Positions 22,001 to 28,255 of a DNA stretch of 64,000 nucleotides are shown here, piece after piece. Positions within the stretch are counted from its first letter, which is position 1. Each line of letters starts with the position of its first letter. A program made the translations under genes and the position numbers. The stretch covers positions 576,001 to 640,000 of the forward strand of contig OZ241981.1 in NCBI GenBank assembly GCA_965204345.1, given 5' to 3'. The stretch is from Nitrosopumilus sp. GTDB taxonomy: Archaea > Thermoproteota > Nitrososphaeria > Nitrososphaerales > Nitrosopumilaceae. The notes beneath the pieces are model-generated. The model was not told where the DNA came from and did not search any database. It was given only the letters and a program-made list of their open reading frames with translations.

Positions 22001-24543
22001 GTATATGTTTGGAAATCAATCTCGGTGACGCTGCTATTTATAACCACAGGATTGCCGTTGTTGGCAGTACCAGATATATCAATGTCATTGGCGGAAAACC
22101 CAAAGACATCTCTGTTGAATTTTACTGTAAACTGTACAACCTCAAGGTTGGTGAAATCATCAGCGGTTGTGATAATTGGGATCAGTTGAGATTGGGCATT
22201 GGTGTCCCTGGTAACGGTAATCTGACGGGACGCAGTATTGGGGTTGCCTGCAAGGTCTGCTGCCACATCTGCTGCAATGGATACAATTACGGTTCCGTCT
22301 GAAGATATGCCTGCAACGTTAAAGGTGTATGTGCGGGCATCTGATCTGACAAAGCTGGCTGCTGCCAGAGTGCCGCCGTTTGCAGTACCAGTTACTGTAA
22401 TGTCTTCTAGCTCAAAGTTCTGGACATCCTCATCAAATGTTACTGTAAAGGGTACCGTGTTAAGGCCGGTGTAACTGCCTTCAGATGAACTGACAGATAC
22501 TGTTGGAGCACTAGTATCCATTGTGGTAGTAACTGGAGCAGATGCCACATTGAGATTATCTGCAGGATCTGTTGCCACATCTTCATCTATTGATGCAGTT
22601 ACTGTTCCGTCTGATGAGCCGCGCAGAACATCAAAGGTGTAGACACTGCCTTCTCCACGAAGATTGGATGCCACAGGACTGTCACTGTTTGCAGTGCCAT
22701 TTACTGTAATGTCAGCTAGCTCAAAGTTCTGGACATCCTCGCTAAATGTTGCCGTAAATGTTATTGTATTAGAATTGGTAATGTTGGGGGCACTCAATGC
22801 TGCCGTTGGTCTCTGAGTATCAATCTCAACTGTGATCTCGTTTGATGGATCAACGCCAACAACACCAAAACGACCGCTTGGCTGTAGGGACGCAGTTACG
22901 GTTCCATCAGAGGATCCGCGTACAACATCAAAGGTAGCTGTGTGGTCATCAATTTGCGTATAGCCAGATAGTGCCGGACTTCCGCCATTGGCAGTGCCAG
23001 TTACGATAATATTATAATCAAATAAGTTATCTGCGATAGTGGCACCGACCTCCTCATTAAATGTTATTGTAAATGGTATGGTGGTAAGTTTGGTGATTGG
23101 GTTGGCAGTAGTGCTCAGAGTTACTATGGGGATAGTTTCAGGGGTAGAAAATGAGCCAAATGAGCTAAAGTGCGTGGTCCAGATTATCATATCAGAGCCT
23201 GCACGAGTAAAACAAGATTCCAACGCAGTGCCAGCTTCAAGATTAGCATTGGCAGTAGCCTGATTGACAGGAACAAATGAGCACTCAGCTAGTGGTTGTG
23301 ATACTGCATTGCCATCGGCATCTTCTCCTGAGAAAAATGCACCATCCTGTTCTGCCTGTCCAGGCAAGAGTAGTCGGACTGCCTGATCAAATGTCAATCT
23401 ATTGTTGCCATCACCGACTGAGAATACAAGTCCCACAACATCATTTGAAGCTGGGGGAGCAGCAGTAGAGACAGATGGAACCGTTATGGTGCCTGCCCAG
23501 TCATCAGATGAGCCGCTTACCACTATGCCGTCAGGATAACTAACAGATACTGTTGCAGAAGAGACATCAGAAGTAATCTCTACTGCAGAATCAGAGACTC
23601 TCACGCTCTTGACTCCGTCCTGATCATCAAACGTTGGGGCACCATTAAAGTCAAGCAGTTGGCCATCACTGGCAGTAATGGTGTCAGGCAGTGTGTCAAA
23701 TATTACATTGAGTGTACTCAGATCAGAGGATGGTGCAAATGCTACTATGCCAGTAGCATCATCATCATCGCTGCTTCCGACTGGAACATTGGCCTCAATG
23801 ACAGTTCCAGTAATTACATTGGTAAAGGTAGATGGCACTGATGAGAAAAAATCAGCAGAGGTTGCAGACGGCAAGACATCAATTCTAACAGTGTTCTCCC
23901 CTTCTTTTAGCAATCCAGAATTGACTTGAATGTCATAGCTTGCTTTTGTGTCTGCACCCAGTGGGTTAGATGATAGTCCACGCCCGTAAGAGCCATCGCC
24001 TAAGACACCAGTGCCAAACTCATTTGCAAAGTTACCATAGCCAAAACCGCCAAAGTTACCATAGCCAAAGTCGCCAGGACTGCCATCTAAGGCATTGGCA
24101 CTAATGCCATCAAAGTTTAATGCCACAATCTTACCCTCAACGTCTGCTGTTTGTCCAAAGTTTGCAGCAATGGTGTTTGAGAGACGGTTGCCAGACAAAT
24201 CAAAGAATGCAACGACCTCATCAGAGTCACCGGGGTTGAGAACCACTCTGAGAACAGAGACATCAGCAAGTAGTGTCTCTGAATTAAATGAGGAACCATC
24301 ATCGGCTGTAAAGCTTATTCCGTTTTCAGCAGGATTTCTGACGACAAGTTCCATGGAGAGTATGTCATCAACATCAGCAAGCACACCGCCAGTAAAATCA
24401 ACAAAGGTTTCAGTATCATCCAAAGATATGGTCACAGCATCAATTCCAGGATATGGCGAGAAAAGCACGGCAAATAGGGCTATTGCCACTACTAGTGCCC
24501 CAAGCTCTCGTTTAGACTTTAATTTAGCTATAATACTGACCAT
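7084..24543 (-). CDS. Giant secreted/surface protein 1 (5819 aa): signal peptide, N-domain, HFS domain, roughly 45 Ig-like (Big_12-type) and cadherin-like modules, second HFS domain, poly-Gly linker, C-terminal domains
   Basis: 17.4-kb uninterrupted ORF; basic N-region plus hydrophobic stretch; ~100-aa repeats FTATFSEDV..F.L.DITV.G..YTFDV..DGTV..SI.A..A.DLAGN.N.AS; DP.GDTLSY cadherin-like modules with Cys pairs. Confidence 0.93.
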   Translation of the reverse strand: MVSIIAKLKSKRELGALVVAIALFAVLFSPYPGIDAVTISLDDTETFVDFTGGVLADVDDILSMELVVRNPAENGISFTADDGSSFNSETLLADVSVLRVVLNPGDSDEVVAFFDLSGNRLSNTIAANFGQTADVEGKIVALNFDGISANALDGSPGDFGYGNFGGFGYGNFANEFGTGVLGDGSYGRGLSSNPLGADTKASYDIQVNSGLLKEGENTVRIDVLPSATSADFFSSVPSTFTNVITGTVIEANVPVGSSDDDDATGIVAFAPSSDLSTLNVIFDTLPDTITASDGQLLDFNGAPTFDDQDGVKSVRVSDSAVEITSDVSSATVSVSYPDGIVVSGSSDDWAGTITVPSVSTAAPPASNDVVGLVFSVGDGNNRLTFDQAVRLLLPGQAEQDGAFFSGEDADGNAVSQPLAECSFVPVNQATANANLEAGTALESCFTRAGSDMIIWTTHFSSFGSFSTPETIPIVTLSTTANPITKLTTIPFTITFNEEVGATIADNLFDYNIIVTGTANGGSPALSGYTQIDDHTATFDVVRGSSDGTVTASLQPSGRFGVVGVDPSNEITVEIDTQRPTAALSAPNITNSNTITFTATFSEDVQNFELADITVNGTANSDSPVASNLRGEGSVYTFDVLRGSSDGTVTASIDEDVATDPADNLNVASAPVTTTMDTSAPTVSVSSSEGSYTGLNTVPFTVTFDEDVQNFELEDITVTGTANGGTLAAASFVRSDARTYTFNVAGISSDGTVIVSIAADVAADLAGNPNTASRQITVTRDTNAQSQLIPIITTADDFTNLEVVQFTVKFNRDVFGFSANDIDISGTANNGNPVVINSSVTEIDFQTYTFEVARGSTDGTITVFTKIGAVFDSRDVINIKSNTVTVTIDTNAPTVSVSTIPENLTSLDTVPFTVEFSEDVIGFNLNDITVSGTANGGSPVVSNLNGEGRVYTFEVARGTTDGTVAVSVDANVTADLADNPNTASAPVTVTINTLVPTVTITPADGTITSDDPVTFTATFSKDVRNFELGDITVNGTANGGTPTASNFVTIDARTYTFDVARGTTDGTVTVSIGADVAEDLIGNLNEASAPVTATIYTVPVPTITSVRDLTVTTEPSETFRVTFSNPVTDFVADDILITGIANGGNPEISNFAGSGDTYTFDVAGGVSDGSVIMSIPAGVAVHHLSGADNAASAQFDFLFIYFGPTTTISTTADPLTPLHTVPFIVTFDQDVFPLTLSDITVTGTANGGNPVASNLQILNSRTTSDGETVASRFSFDVVRGSSDGTVTVSIPAAAATSIVFDSSIASNEITVTIDTTILPPVPAVAPVINLEHPVLDLHQEFSLDDHFTDPQGDTLSYTNISDDCTGTLTQQPPAGSDTFRFVSSTAETCTLSFDISDGTNASTGGAYTVNISVVLDAAPVRTATPLTVDVPVDQPRKVTLDINDYYTDAKTLTLVFDPVSDDCTDFNSAILSNGQFDFEPINAFASASTCTVQATFSDGNRHTDTEITINYLSLPTVTVAEGESLSHQVSLPANFFPADVGFISTGHSYLNINLDGLVTGNIPFDVVAHPPTGTSIRDDFDLSTEIQVEYQLDDGADTTTGSFTLTVTDVNRVPAGTVPPSFSFNIDETHTGNLATNIADPDGDTLSYTLDNNACQSSSVTVNPTGAFTVTATPNNAVTYPEDCSFTFDVTDGSATEQFTSSYRVLSTVTNLLPPIPASVPSATVEYPNRTVPQISLRDHFVDPEFETLSFNNFSSCAAGVTLDVTLLDNHNMQIDPVANDVGTTCVVSFDISDGTTQSTGQPYSFELVITENPAPVRTATPLVIDVLSDQSRTVTIDINDYYTDDKSLSIVDTITSDDCTFRSTSPDSGVFTFEVLEDSTGGLTCTVQTTFSDGNYFTPAEFTINYLDRTSVSLTTDVGDLTNLEAIEFTVTFGRAVTGFDQDDIIVRIDETTTTPGLITSFAGEGAQYTFTVTHGLTESLLVVVIPVDAADGGSASDGSRITVDRANPTVSITPADGTITSDDPVTFTATFSEDVQNFILSDITVTGTANGTNPAASNFVTVNARTYTFDVARGTSDGTVTASIAADVAADLAGNSNTASNSVTVTITTNTLPPVPAVTPGITLQHPVLAAHQEFSLDDHFTDPQGDTLSYTNISDDCTGTLTQQPPAGSDTFRFVSSDAETCTLSFDIFDGTNASTGGAYTVNISVVLDAAPVRTATPLTVDVLSSQPRKVTLDINNYYTDDGTLTLVSAPTSSDCTDFTSTILSNGQFDFEPINAFASASTCTVQATFSDGNRHTTADLTINYLDTATVSLDTDVTDPTNSEAIPFTATFGSDVTGFIADDIVVTIDGNSATPGSLITAFNGSGADYTFTVTHGITAEGQLTVTIPANAVVEGNTASATTTFTVDRIVPTVTITPVNGTTTSDDPVTFTATFSEDVQNFELADITVTGTANGTNPVASNLLGTGSVYTFDVARGSTDGTVTASIAADVATDLAGNSNTASAPVTVTIDTVPLTVSVTTTVGENTNSDTVTFTATFSKDVEDFILTDITVTGTANGGNPAATNLLGTGSVYTFDVARGSTDGTVTASIAADVATDLAGNSNTASAPVTVIIDTLAPTVSVSSSTGSSTGLDTVPFRVTFDEDVENFVLDDITVAGTANGGTLTASGFATVDARTYTFNVAGISSDGTVIASIAADVATDLAGNSNTASAPVTVTVDTTVPSVSLDTTAADPTNSDTVNFTATFDEDVTGFVQSDIVVAIDGTPAANSLITAFSGSGADYTFTVTHGIAAEGQLTVTIPDDAVVEGNTANTRTLTVDRIDPTVTITPADGTTTGDDPVTFTATFSEDVQNFVLTDITVTGTVNGTNPVASNLLGDGSVYTFDVARGSTDGTVTVSIAGDVARDLADNPNTASNSVTINITTLPPVPAVSPGITLQHPVLDPHQEFSLDDHFTDPNGDTLSYTNISDDCTGALTQQPPAGSDTFRFVSSAAETCTLSFDIFDGTYTSTGGAYTVNISVVLDAAPVRTATPLTVDVLSSQPRKVTLDINNYYTDTQTLTLVSAPTSSDCTDFTSTILSNGQFDFEPINAFAGASTCTVQATFSDGNRHTTADLTINYLDVATVSLSTNVTDPTNSEAIPFTATFGSDVTGFIADDIVVTIDGNPATPGSLISAFNGSGADYTFTVTHGITTQGELTVTIPANAVVEGNTASTATTFTVDRIVPTVTITPANGTTTSDNPVTFTATFSEDVENFVLADITVTGTANGTNPVASNLVTVDASTYTFDVARGTTDGTVTASIAADVATDLAGNSNTASNLVTVTVDSNIPTVSLDTTVTDPTNSETIDFTATFSEDVTEFIADDIVVTIDGFTITPVSDLITAFSGNGTEYAFTVTHGIIAEGQLTVTIPANAVAEGNTASDTTTLTVDRVAPVITLVPADGTTHDVAAIPFTLTFSEDVQNFILSDIITVTGTANGGSPSASGFGISGDDVYTFNVTRGSSDGTVGVSINAGQISDLAGNLNEAFTATFTIDTRLSSVSLDTTATDPTNSEAIEFTATFGRNVTQFVQEDIVVAINGTDTSGLISAFSGSGADYAFAVTHGITTQGELTVTIPDDAVAEGNTASTHTLTVDRIRPSVSITSVDGTTTSDNPVTFTATFSEDVENFELGDITVTGTANGTNPAAANLLGTGSVYTFDVARGTSDGTIIASIAADVAADLAGNSNTASNSVTVTVDTTVPSVSLDTTAADPTNSEAIEFTATFDRDVTQFTLEDIVVAINGTDTSGLISAFSGSGADYAFTVTHGITTQGELTVTIPANAVVEGNTASTHTLTVDRIRPSVSITPADGTTTSDNSVTFTATFSEDVEDFELADIRVTGTANGTNPVASNLLGTGSVYTFDVARGTTDGTVTASIDADALADLAGNLNTASNSVTVTITTNTLPPVPAVTPGITLQHPVLAAHQEFSLDDHFTDPEGDTLSYTNPSDDCTGTLTQQPPSGSDTFRFVSSTAETCTLSFDISDGTGASTGGAYTVNISVVLDAAPVRTATPLTVDVLSSQPRKVTLDINNYYTDTQTLTLVSAPTSSDCTDFTSTILSNGQFDFEPINAFASASTCTVQATFSDGNRHTTADLTINYLDTATVSLDTDVTDPTNSEAIQFTATFGSDVTGFIADDIVVTIDGNPATPGSLITAFSGSGADYTFTVTHGIAAEGQLTVTIPANAVAEGNTASATTTLTVDRIDPTVTITPVNGTTTGDDPVTFTATFSEDVQNFELGDITVTGTANGTNPVASNLLGTGSVYTFDVARGSTDGTVTASIAADVATDLAGNSNTASNLVTVTIDTTVPSVSLDTTAADPTNSAAIEFTATFDRDVTQFTLEDIVVAINGTDTPNLISAFSGSGADYTFTVTHGITTGGELTVTIPVNAVAEGNTASTTTTLTVDRIVPTVSITPVDGTITGDDPVTFTATFSEDVQNFELGDITVTGTANGGTPAASNFVTVDASTYTFDVARGTTDGTVIPSIAADVATDLAGNSNEVSAPVTVTIDSTIQSVSLSTTAADPTNSETVEFTATFSGDVTGFVQSDIVVAIDGIPASNSLITAFSGSGADYTFTVTHGIAAEGELTVTIPDGAVAEGNTASTHTLTVDRIDPSVTITPADGTITRDDPVTFTVEFSEDVQDFVLSDITVSGFANDGSPTASNFVTVNARTYTFDVARGSTDGTVNVLIDEGELTDLAGNPNTGSNSVTVTIDTVPLTVSVATTAGDNTNLATIPFTATFNKDVGDFDLTDITVTGTANGGSPVASDLGGTGSVYTFDVLRGTTDGTVTVSIDALKATDAAGNSNEASAQITVTIDTIAPTVSVSSSIGSSTGLDTVPFTVTFSKDVQNFELGDITVTGTANGTNPVASNFVPVDARTYTFDVARGTSDGTIIPSIAADVAADLAGNSNTASVPVTVTIDTTVPYVSLSTNAADPTNSDTISFTATFSEDVTEFVESDITVAIDGVPSDTPGSLISAFSGSGADYAFTVTHGITTGGELTVTIPDDVVTDGNTDAVHIITVDMVRPSVSITPADGITTTSDDQVTFTATFSEDVQNFELGDITVTGTANSGNPVASNIGGDGSVYTFNVARGSTDGTIVVSIAADVATDLAGNLNTASAPVTVTINTTGDTIEDNIPLGSDVVRTYLASSNLITLNVVHDTLPETIFTTDGQLLDFNDAPTFGTANPTVPKSVTISDSVTVVNSTLSDSQTVTVTYPANVVVSDSSGDWTGRIAVPSLSTGTATPPTPNDEIGLAFSVGDDNTRLTFDQAVRLLLPGQASYEGAFFSEEVADGVVDSRSLVVCPFVPVNQTTANTNLEAGTALESCFVRDGSDMIIWTTHFSSFGSFSTVPVEPTPSTPSSSRSGGGGGGGGGGGGGGGASLPSSGSSVANGASAAVLYDVQWDVCEANTINVIAGPVTDNLSVKLRTYAGVITAERSDEQSYPGRISFDANLSPNESFVHVQVENIASRGISTDSKSLNITECSGSVSVNTYESSSPVITGGSAVVTPDQPSSRADLPTDTMTDLPAVPIPGLAPVQTPQLVREFLADFTDITNDNTGMRLTDFQTLQSNPDKYAETVLGISGQTVTTVALTDRPGSEESNNNANLFLQISSSDDMVNSMRGVLLGGDTIEIVAGDGSRTIVPTSAEIAIASEDAVTVSQKSGMKINDISTQVDLPDVLKEFLNTNIEFTNEDTGETLTQYMVLQSVPDVFAEKELGISGQTVTTIAFPDRHGREDSNDDLNVFVQFTHTDEQVNSLRGIQQGGNAISVSTNGVEQGILTQTVEIPLG
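8317..8361 (-). repeat. (GGTGGC)n microsatellite encoding Gly15 linker
   Basis: 45 nt of alternating gcc/acc on the plus strand. Confidence 0.95.
18427..20101. repeat. ~1.67-kb block nearly identical to 48975-50649
   Basis: Constant offset of 30548 nt; about six substitutions found by eye. Confidence 0.9.
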
Positions 24544-24567
24544 GTTTCTAATCCTTTAAAATTAGAG

Positions 24568-24575
24568 TTAATAAA
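24568..24575 (-). promoter_or_regulatory. TATA box (TTTATTAA) of giant gene 1
   Basis: Ends 25 nt upstream of the ATG; same motif and spacing upstream of giant gene 2; consistent with a leaderless transcript. Confidence 0.7.
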
Positions 24576-24630
24576 AATAACTATTACATCTGAATAATTT
24601 TTAAGAAAATGATCTCTGATAGTTTGCAGT

Positions 24631-24653
24631 TAAATTCCAGCGATCAGATCATC
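24631..24653 (+). repeat. 23-bp perfect direct repeat, right copy
   Basis: Identical to 6236-6258. Confidence 0.9.
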
Positions 24654-25207
24654 AAAATTTACAGAACTGTCCGTTGCATTATCGTGTTTGCCTTAAAATC
24701 ATCAGGATTTGCTTTGATGTGGCTGTTTTCTCCAGTCCCTGATCAGACCAGAGAGATAATCTCATCACGCCAAATCAACATCAGTTTGAAAATTAGAAAA
24801 CACCCCAAGATTCAAGTGTTCCAAACTTGTCGCTCATGCCTGTCCCTTATGAAGGCAACAGAACCGAATTGGGATCAATCTTAAATATTATTTTGACGTA
24901 ATGATTGTGACGAGAAGCCGTAATTCTGCGTCGTAGAATATCGGTATGGAAAACACATCATGTTAGGTATACGTTCTTGTTTTAGCGTGTTTTCCGTGTA
25001 TCTCGTTGTATCAAAGAATTATCAGCAATCCAAGCGCAACATCAATAGGCCATGCAAACATGAAAGCAAAGAAACCCAAAACAGGCACAAAATTTTATAA
25101 AAATTGTTTTGGTTTTAAGGCAATAAAAAAGCAGATGCAGTAAACAGAGCACCATCATGAATCCGGCAGGCATTTAGAATAGGTCGGATCTCATGTGTAA
25201 GAAAACA

Positions 25208-26221
25208 CTAAAGATTATCGGTAATTTGCTTTGTAAACTCCAATGTACTCTTGTCTCCGCCAATATCTTTAGTCTTAACGCCGGTTTTTACCAAGTCAAA
25301 TATCGTAGATTCTAATTTTGCTCCAACTTTGAGGCATTTGGGATCACTGTGTCTGTTTCCAAGCCAATCAAGCATCATCTTGATGGATAGCAAAAAAGAC
25401 GAGGGATTTGCAATGTTTTGTCCTGCAATATCAAAGGCCGCTCCATGAACAGGCTCAAACAGTGCAAAATCATCTCCAATATTAGCAGCTGGTGCCATTC
25501 CCAATCCGCCAACCACCTGGGAAGACTCGTCAGATAGGATATCACCAAACAGATTAGTGGTTACCACGACATCAAACTGTTCAGGCTGGCGAATTAAATT
25601 CATTGCACATGCATCAACATACATTTGCTCAAATGCAATATCAGGATAATCCTTTGAGACCTCAGTACATGCTTTTGCAAACAGGCCGTCAGTTACCCTC
25701 AGAACATTTGATTTATGGACACATGTTACTTTTTTCATGGAATCCCGTTGTGTCGCACATTCAAAAGCATATTTTGCGATTCTTTTAGAAGCGGTTTGAG
25801 AAATAATTCTTAGTGCAACAGCAGAATCACCTAAGCTGAACTCTTTTCCAGTATAAAGATCCTCAGTATTTTCCCTCACTATAACCATGTCAATGTCATC
25901 GCGTAGCGCAGGCATGTGAGGATAGGACTTTGAAGGCCTGATGTTGGCATAAAGATCAAGCATGCGTCTTAGCACTACAATTACATCAGCTGCGCTTTCT
26001 CCGACCGGTGCTTTGATGCATGCATCAGAATTTTTGATGGCACTTGTCGTTTCATCAGGCAATGCCCTTCCAGTTTCAGCCAAGGCCTGGTCGCCTGCAG
26101 ACAACTTTTCAACATCAAATTTCAAATCAAGCCTGTCATGAATCGTGTCTAAGACAGAGACTGCAGATTCTGAGAGTTCAGGGCCAATGCCATCGCCCGT
26201 AATTAATGAAATTTTATACAT
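25208..26221 (-). CDS. leuB: 3-isopropylmalate dehydrogenase (isocitrate/isopropylmalate dehydrogenase family)
   Basis: GDGIGPE, LYANIRP, RENTEDLY, HKSNV, NLFGDILSD, EPVHGAAFDIAG motifs; start taken at ATG-TAT-AAA (26221); downstream of leuA. Confidence 0.88.
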   Translation of the reverse strand: MYKISLITGDGIGPELSESAVSVLDTIHDRLDLKFDVEKLSAGDQALAETGRALPDETTSAIKNSDACIKAPVGESAADVIVVLRRMLDLYANIRPSKSYPHMPALRDDIDMVIVRENTEDLYTGKEFSLGDSAVALRIISQTASKRIAKYAFECATQRDSMKKVTCVHKSNVLRVTDGLFAKACTEVSKDYPDIAFEQMYVDACAMNLIRQPEQFDVVVTTNLFGDILSDESSQVVGGLGMAPAANIGDDFALFEPVHGAAFDIAGQNIANPSSFLLSIKMMLDWLGNRHSDPKCLKVGAKLESTIFDLVKTGVKTKDIGGDKSTLEFTKQITDNL

Positions 26222-26253
26222 GATTACACAGGATAACAAGGGAATTTTAGGAT

Positions 26254-27768
26254 TTAGTTAACCTGTTTTCCGGTTACCATCTTTTTGAGCATGATTCTGT
26301 TGATTGCATCAATTACGGCCTTTACAGAGGTGGTTACAATGTCTTCTCCAACGGATTTTGCTGAGACCTTGTTTCCCAACGGATCCTCGACTTTGACAGT
26401 TACCTCACATAATGCGCCAGAGCCGCCAGAGATGGATGCTAGCCCATAATCCTTGATTCTAATCTCAGAAATCTTTCCAGTAATTTTCTGAATTGCATTT
26501 AATGCCGCATCAACTGGTCCTACCCCATAATCGGTTCCGATATGATCTTGGCCATCAATGTTGAGCTTTACAAATGCATAAGGCATTGTTCCAATACCAG
26601 TAGAAACTGAAAATCCAGTCAGGGTTACGATTCTTTTGAGCTCCTTTTCTCCCAAAACTTCGCTTGTCAGAGACAGCAGCTCTACATCAGTTATTTGTTT
26701 TCCCTGATCACCTAGCAGCTTGACTTTTTCTAGGATTTGCTTTGCCTGTTCTTCAGTTGGTTTTACGCCATACTCTTCTAGCATGGCATTCATTCCATGA
26801 ACGCCTGCATGCTTTCCAACCTTAAGCCATCTTTTTCGTCCTACCAATTCCGGACTGATTGGCTCGTACGTAAGGGGATTGTTCAACACGCCATGGGTGT
26901 GAATGCCAGACTCGTGTCCAAACGCATTGGCGCCGACTATTGCTTTGTTTGGCTGTACAATAATTCCAACCGTCTTTGAAATGAATCTGGAAATATCATA
27001 AATTAACTCAGACTTTATGTTTGTCTCATAATCTTGCGCATAGGGCAAACATTTGAGTGCCATGGAGAATTCTTCCAATGAGGCATTTCCAGCTCTCTCT
27101 CCAATACCATTAATTGTAACATGCGCACATGCGGCACCTGCATGAATTCCGGACAGTGCATTTGCAACTGCCAGTCCAAAATCATTATGGCAGTGAACAC
27201 TGACGGGCAATTTTGTAGCTTCAATCGCATCCTTGGTGATTTCAGCCATGTACTCAGGGGTACAATAGCCAACAGTGTCAGGAATGTTTACCCTATCAGA
27301 GCCTGCCTTTGCAACGGCACCAAAAACTTTTTTCAAAAATTCCCTATCGGTTCTTGAGGCATCTTCGGCTGAAAACTCTACTTGTAATCCACGGGATTTT
27401 CCATACTCTACGGCCTCAACAGCTTTTTGAAGGGCCTCTTCTCTGCTCATTTGGAGTTTATGCTCCAGGTGAATATCAGAGGTTGCAATAAACGTGTGAA
27501 TATAATCTAGCCCGGCATCAACTGCGGCATCAATGTCTTTTTTGATAGTCCTAGTCAATCCTGCAATTTCACAAGACAGTCCTTCTGAGGTAATCATTTT
27601 GACTGCTTGGGATTCACCCTCAGAGATTACAGGAAAGCCTGCCTCGATTGCATCAACGCCTAATTCATCAAGTTTCTTTGCTATTGCTAGCTTTTGATCG
27701 GGGGATAGTGATACGCCAAGAGTTTGCTCCCCATCCCTTAGGGTAGTATCAAATATTCTAACGTTCAA
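26254..27768 (-). CDS. leuA: 2-isopropylmalate synthase (LeuA/CimA family) with C-terminal regulatory domain
   Basis: DTTLRDGEQ, HCHNDFG, GIGERAGN, HESGIH, GVGPVDA motifs; citramalate-synthase specificity cannot be excluded. Confidence 0.88.
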   Translation of the reverse strand: MNVRIFDTTLRDGEQTLGVSLSPDQKLAIAKKLDELGVDAIEAGFPVISEGESQAVKMITSEGLSCEIAGLTRTIKKDIDAAVDAGLDYIHTFIATSDIHLEHKLQMSREEALQKAVEAVEYGKSRGLQVEFSAEDASRTDREFLKKVFGAVAKAGSDRVNIPDTVGYCTPEYMAEITKDAIEATKLPVSVHCHNDFGLAVANALSGIHAGAACAHVTINGIGERAGNASLEEFSMALKCLPYAQDYETNIKSELIYDISRFISKTVGIIVQPNKAIVGANAFGHESGIHTHGVLNNPLTYEPISPELVGRKRWLKVGKHAGVHGMNAMLEEYGVKPTEEQAKQILEKVKLLGDQGKQITDVELLSLTSEVLGEKELKRIVTLTGFSVSTGIGTMPYAFVKLNIDGQDHIGTDYGVGPVDAALNAIQKITGKISEIRIKDYGLASISGGSGALCEVTVKVEDPLGNKVSAKSVGEDIVTTSVKAVIDAINRIMLKKMVTGKQVN

Positions 27769-28247
27769 GCTCCGCTCCTCTGTAAGGCAGCAACGCCTGT
27801 TCTAGCAACATCAATGATTCCAAATGGTTTTGCAAGTTCCTCAAACGCTTTGATTTGATCAGGGGTGGCAGTCAGCTCTACCATGATGGACTCCTTTTTC
27901 ACATCATGGACTTTGCCACCGTATGCATTTGCAAGCTTGTTAATTTCCATACTATCACTAGCATTACTCAGTTTTAACTTAAAAATACTGAGTTCACGAA
28001 ATACAGTTTTGTGCTCATCTAAATGCTCAACTTTGACAGTATCAATCATTTTATCAAGTTGCTTTACTACTTGATCTATCTGTTTCTGATCACCATATGT
28101 GGTAATAGTCATCTTGGAGTAATCAGGGTTTTCAGTAACCCCCACAGATATGCTGTCAATATTGAAGTTTCTGGCTCTGAAGAGATGAGTCACCTTAAAC
28201 AAGATTCCTGGCTTGTTTTCAACTAGAATAGAAAGTATTGCCCACAT
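27765..28247 (-). CDS. ilvN: Acetolactate synthase small (regulatory ACT) subunit
   Basis: LVENKPGIL..F.ARNFNIDSISVG, KQLDK, VARTG motifs; start taken at ATG-TGG. Confidence 0.93.
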   Translation of the reverse strand: MWAILSILVENKPGILFKVTHLFRARNFNIDSISVGVTENPDYSKMTITTYGDQKQIDQVVKQLDKMIDTVKVEHLDEHKTVFRELSIFKLKLSNASDSMEINKLANAYGGKVHDVKKESIMVELTATPDQIKAFEELAKPFGIIDVARTGVAALQRSGA

Positions 28248-28255
28248 AATAATCA

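Noticed and set aside
24480-24543. Class III (archaeal pilin) signal peptide in the giant proteins
   Set aside because: KRELG/KREFG lacks K/R directly before the G; a Sec signal peptide or signal anchor fits better.
7084-24543. Higher GC of the giant genes as proof of horizontal transfer
   Set aside because: May largely reflect Ala/Gly/Thr/Val/Asp-rich composition; GC3 was not computed.
24609-24884. 91-aa plus-strand ORF upstream of giant gene 1
   Set aside because: No family signature, overlaps the 23-bp repeat; probably spurious.
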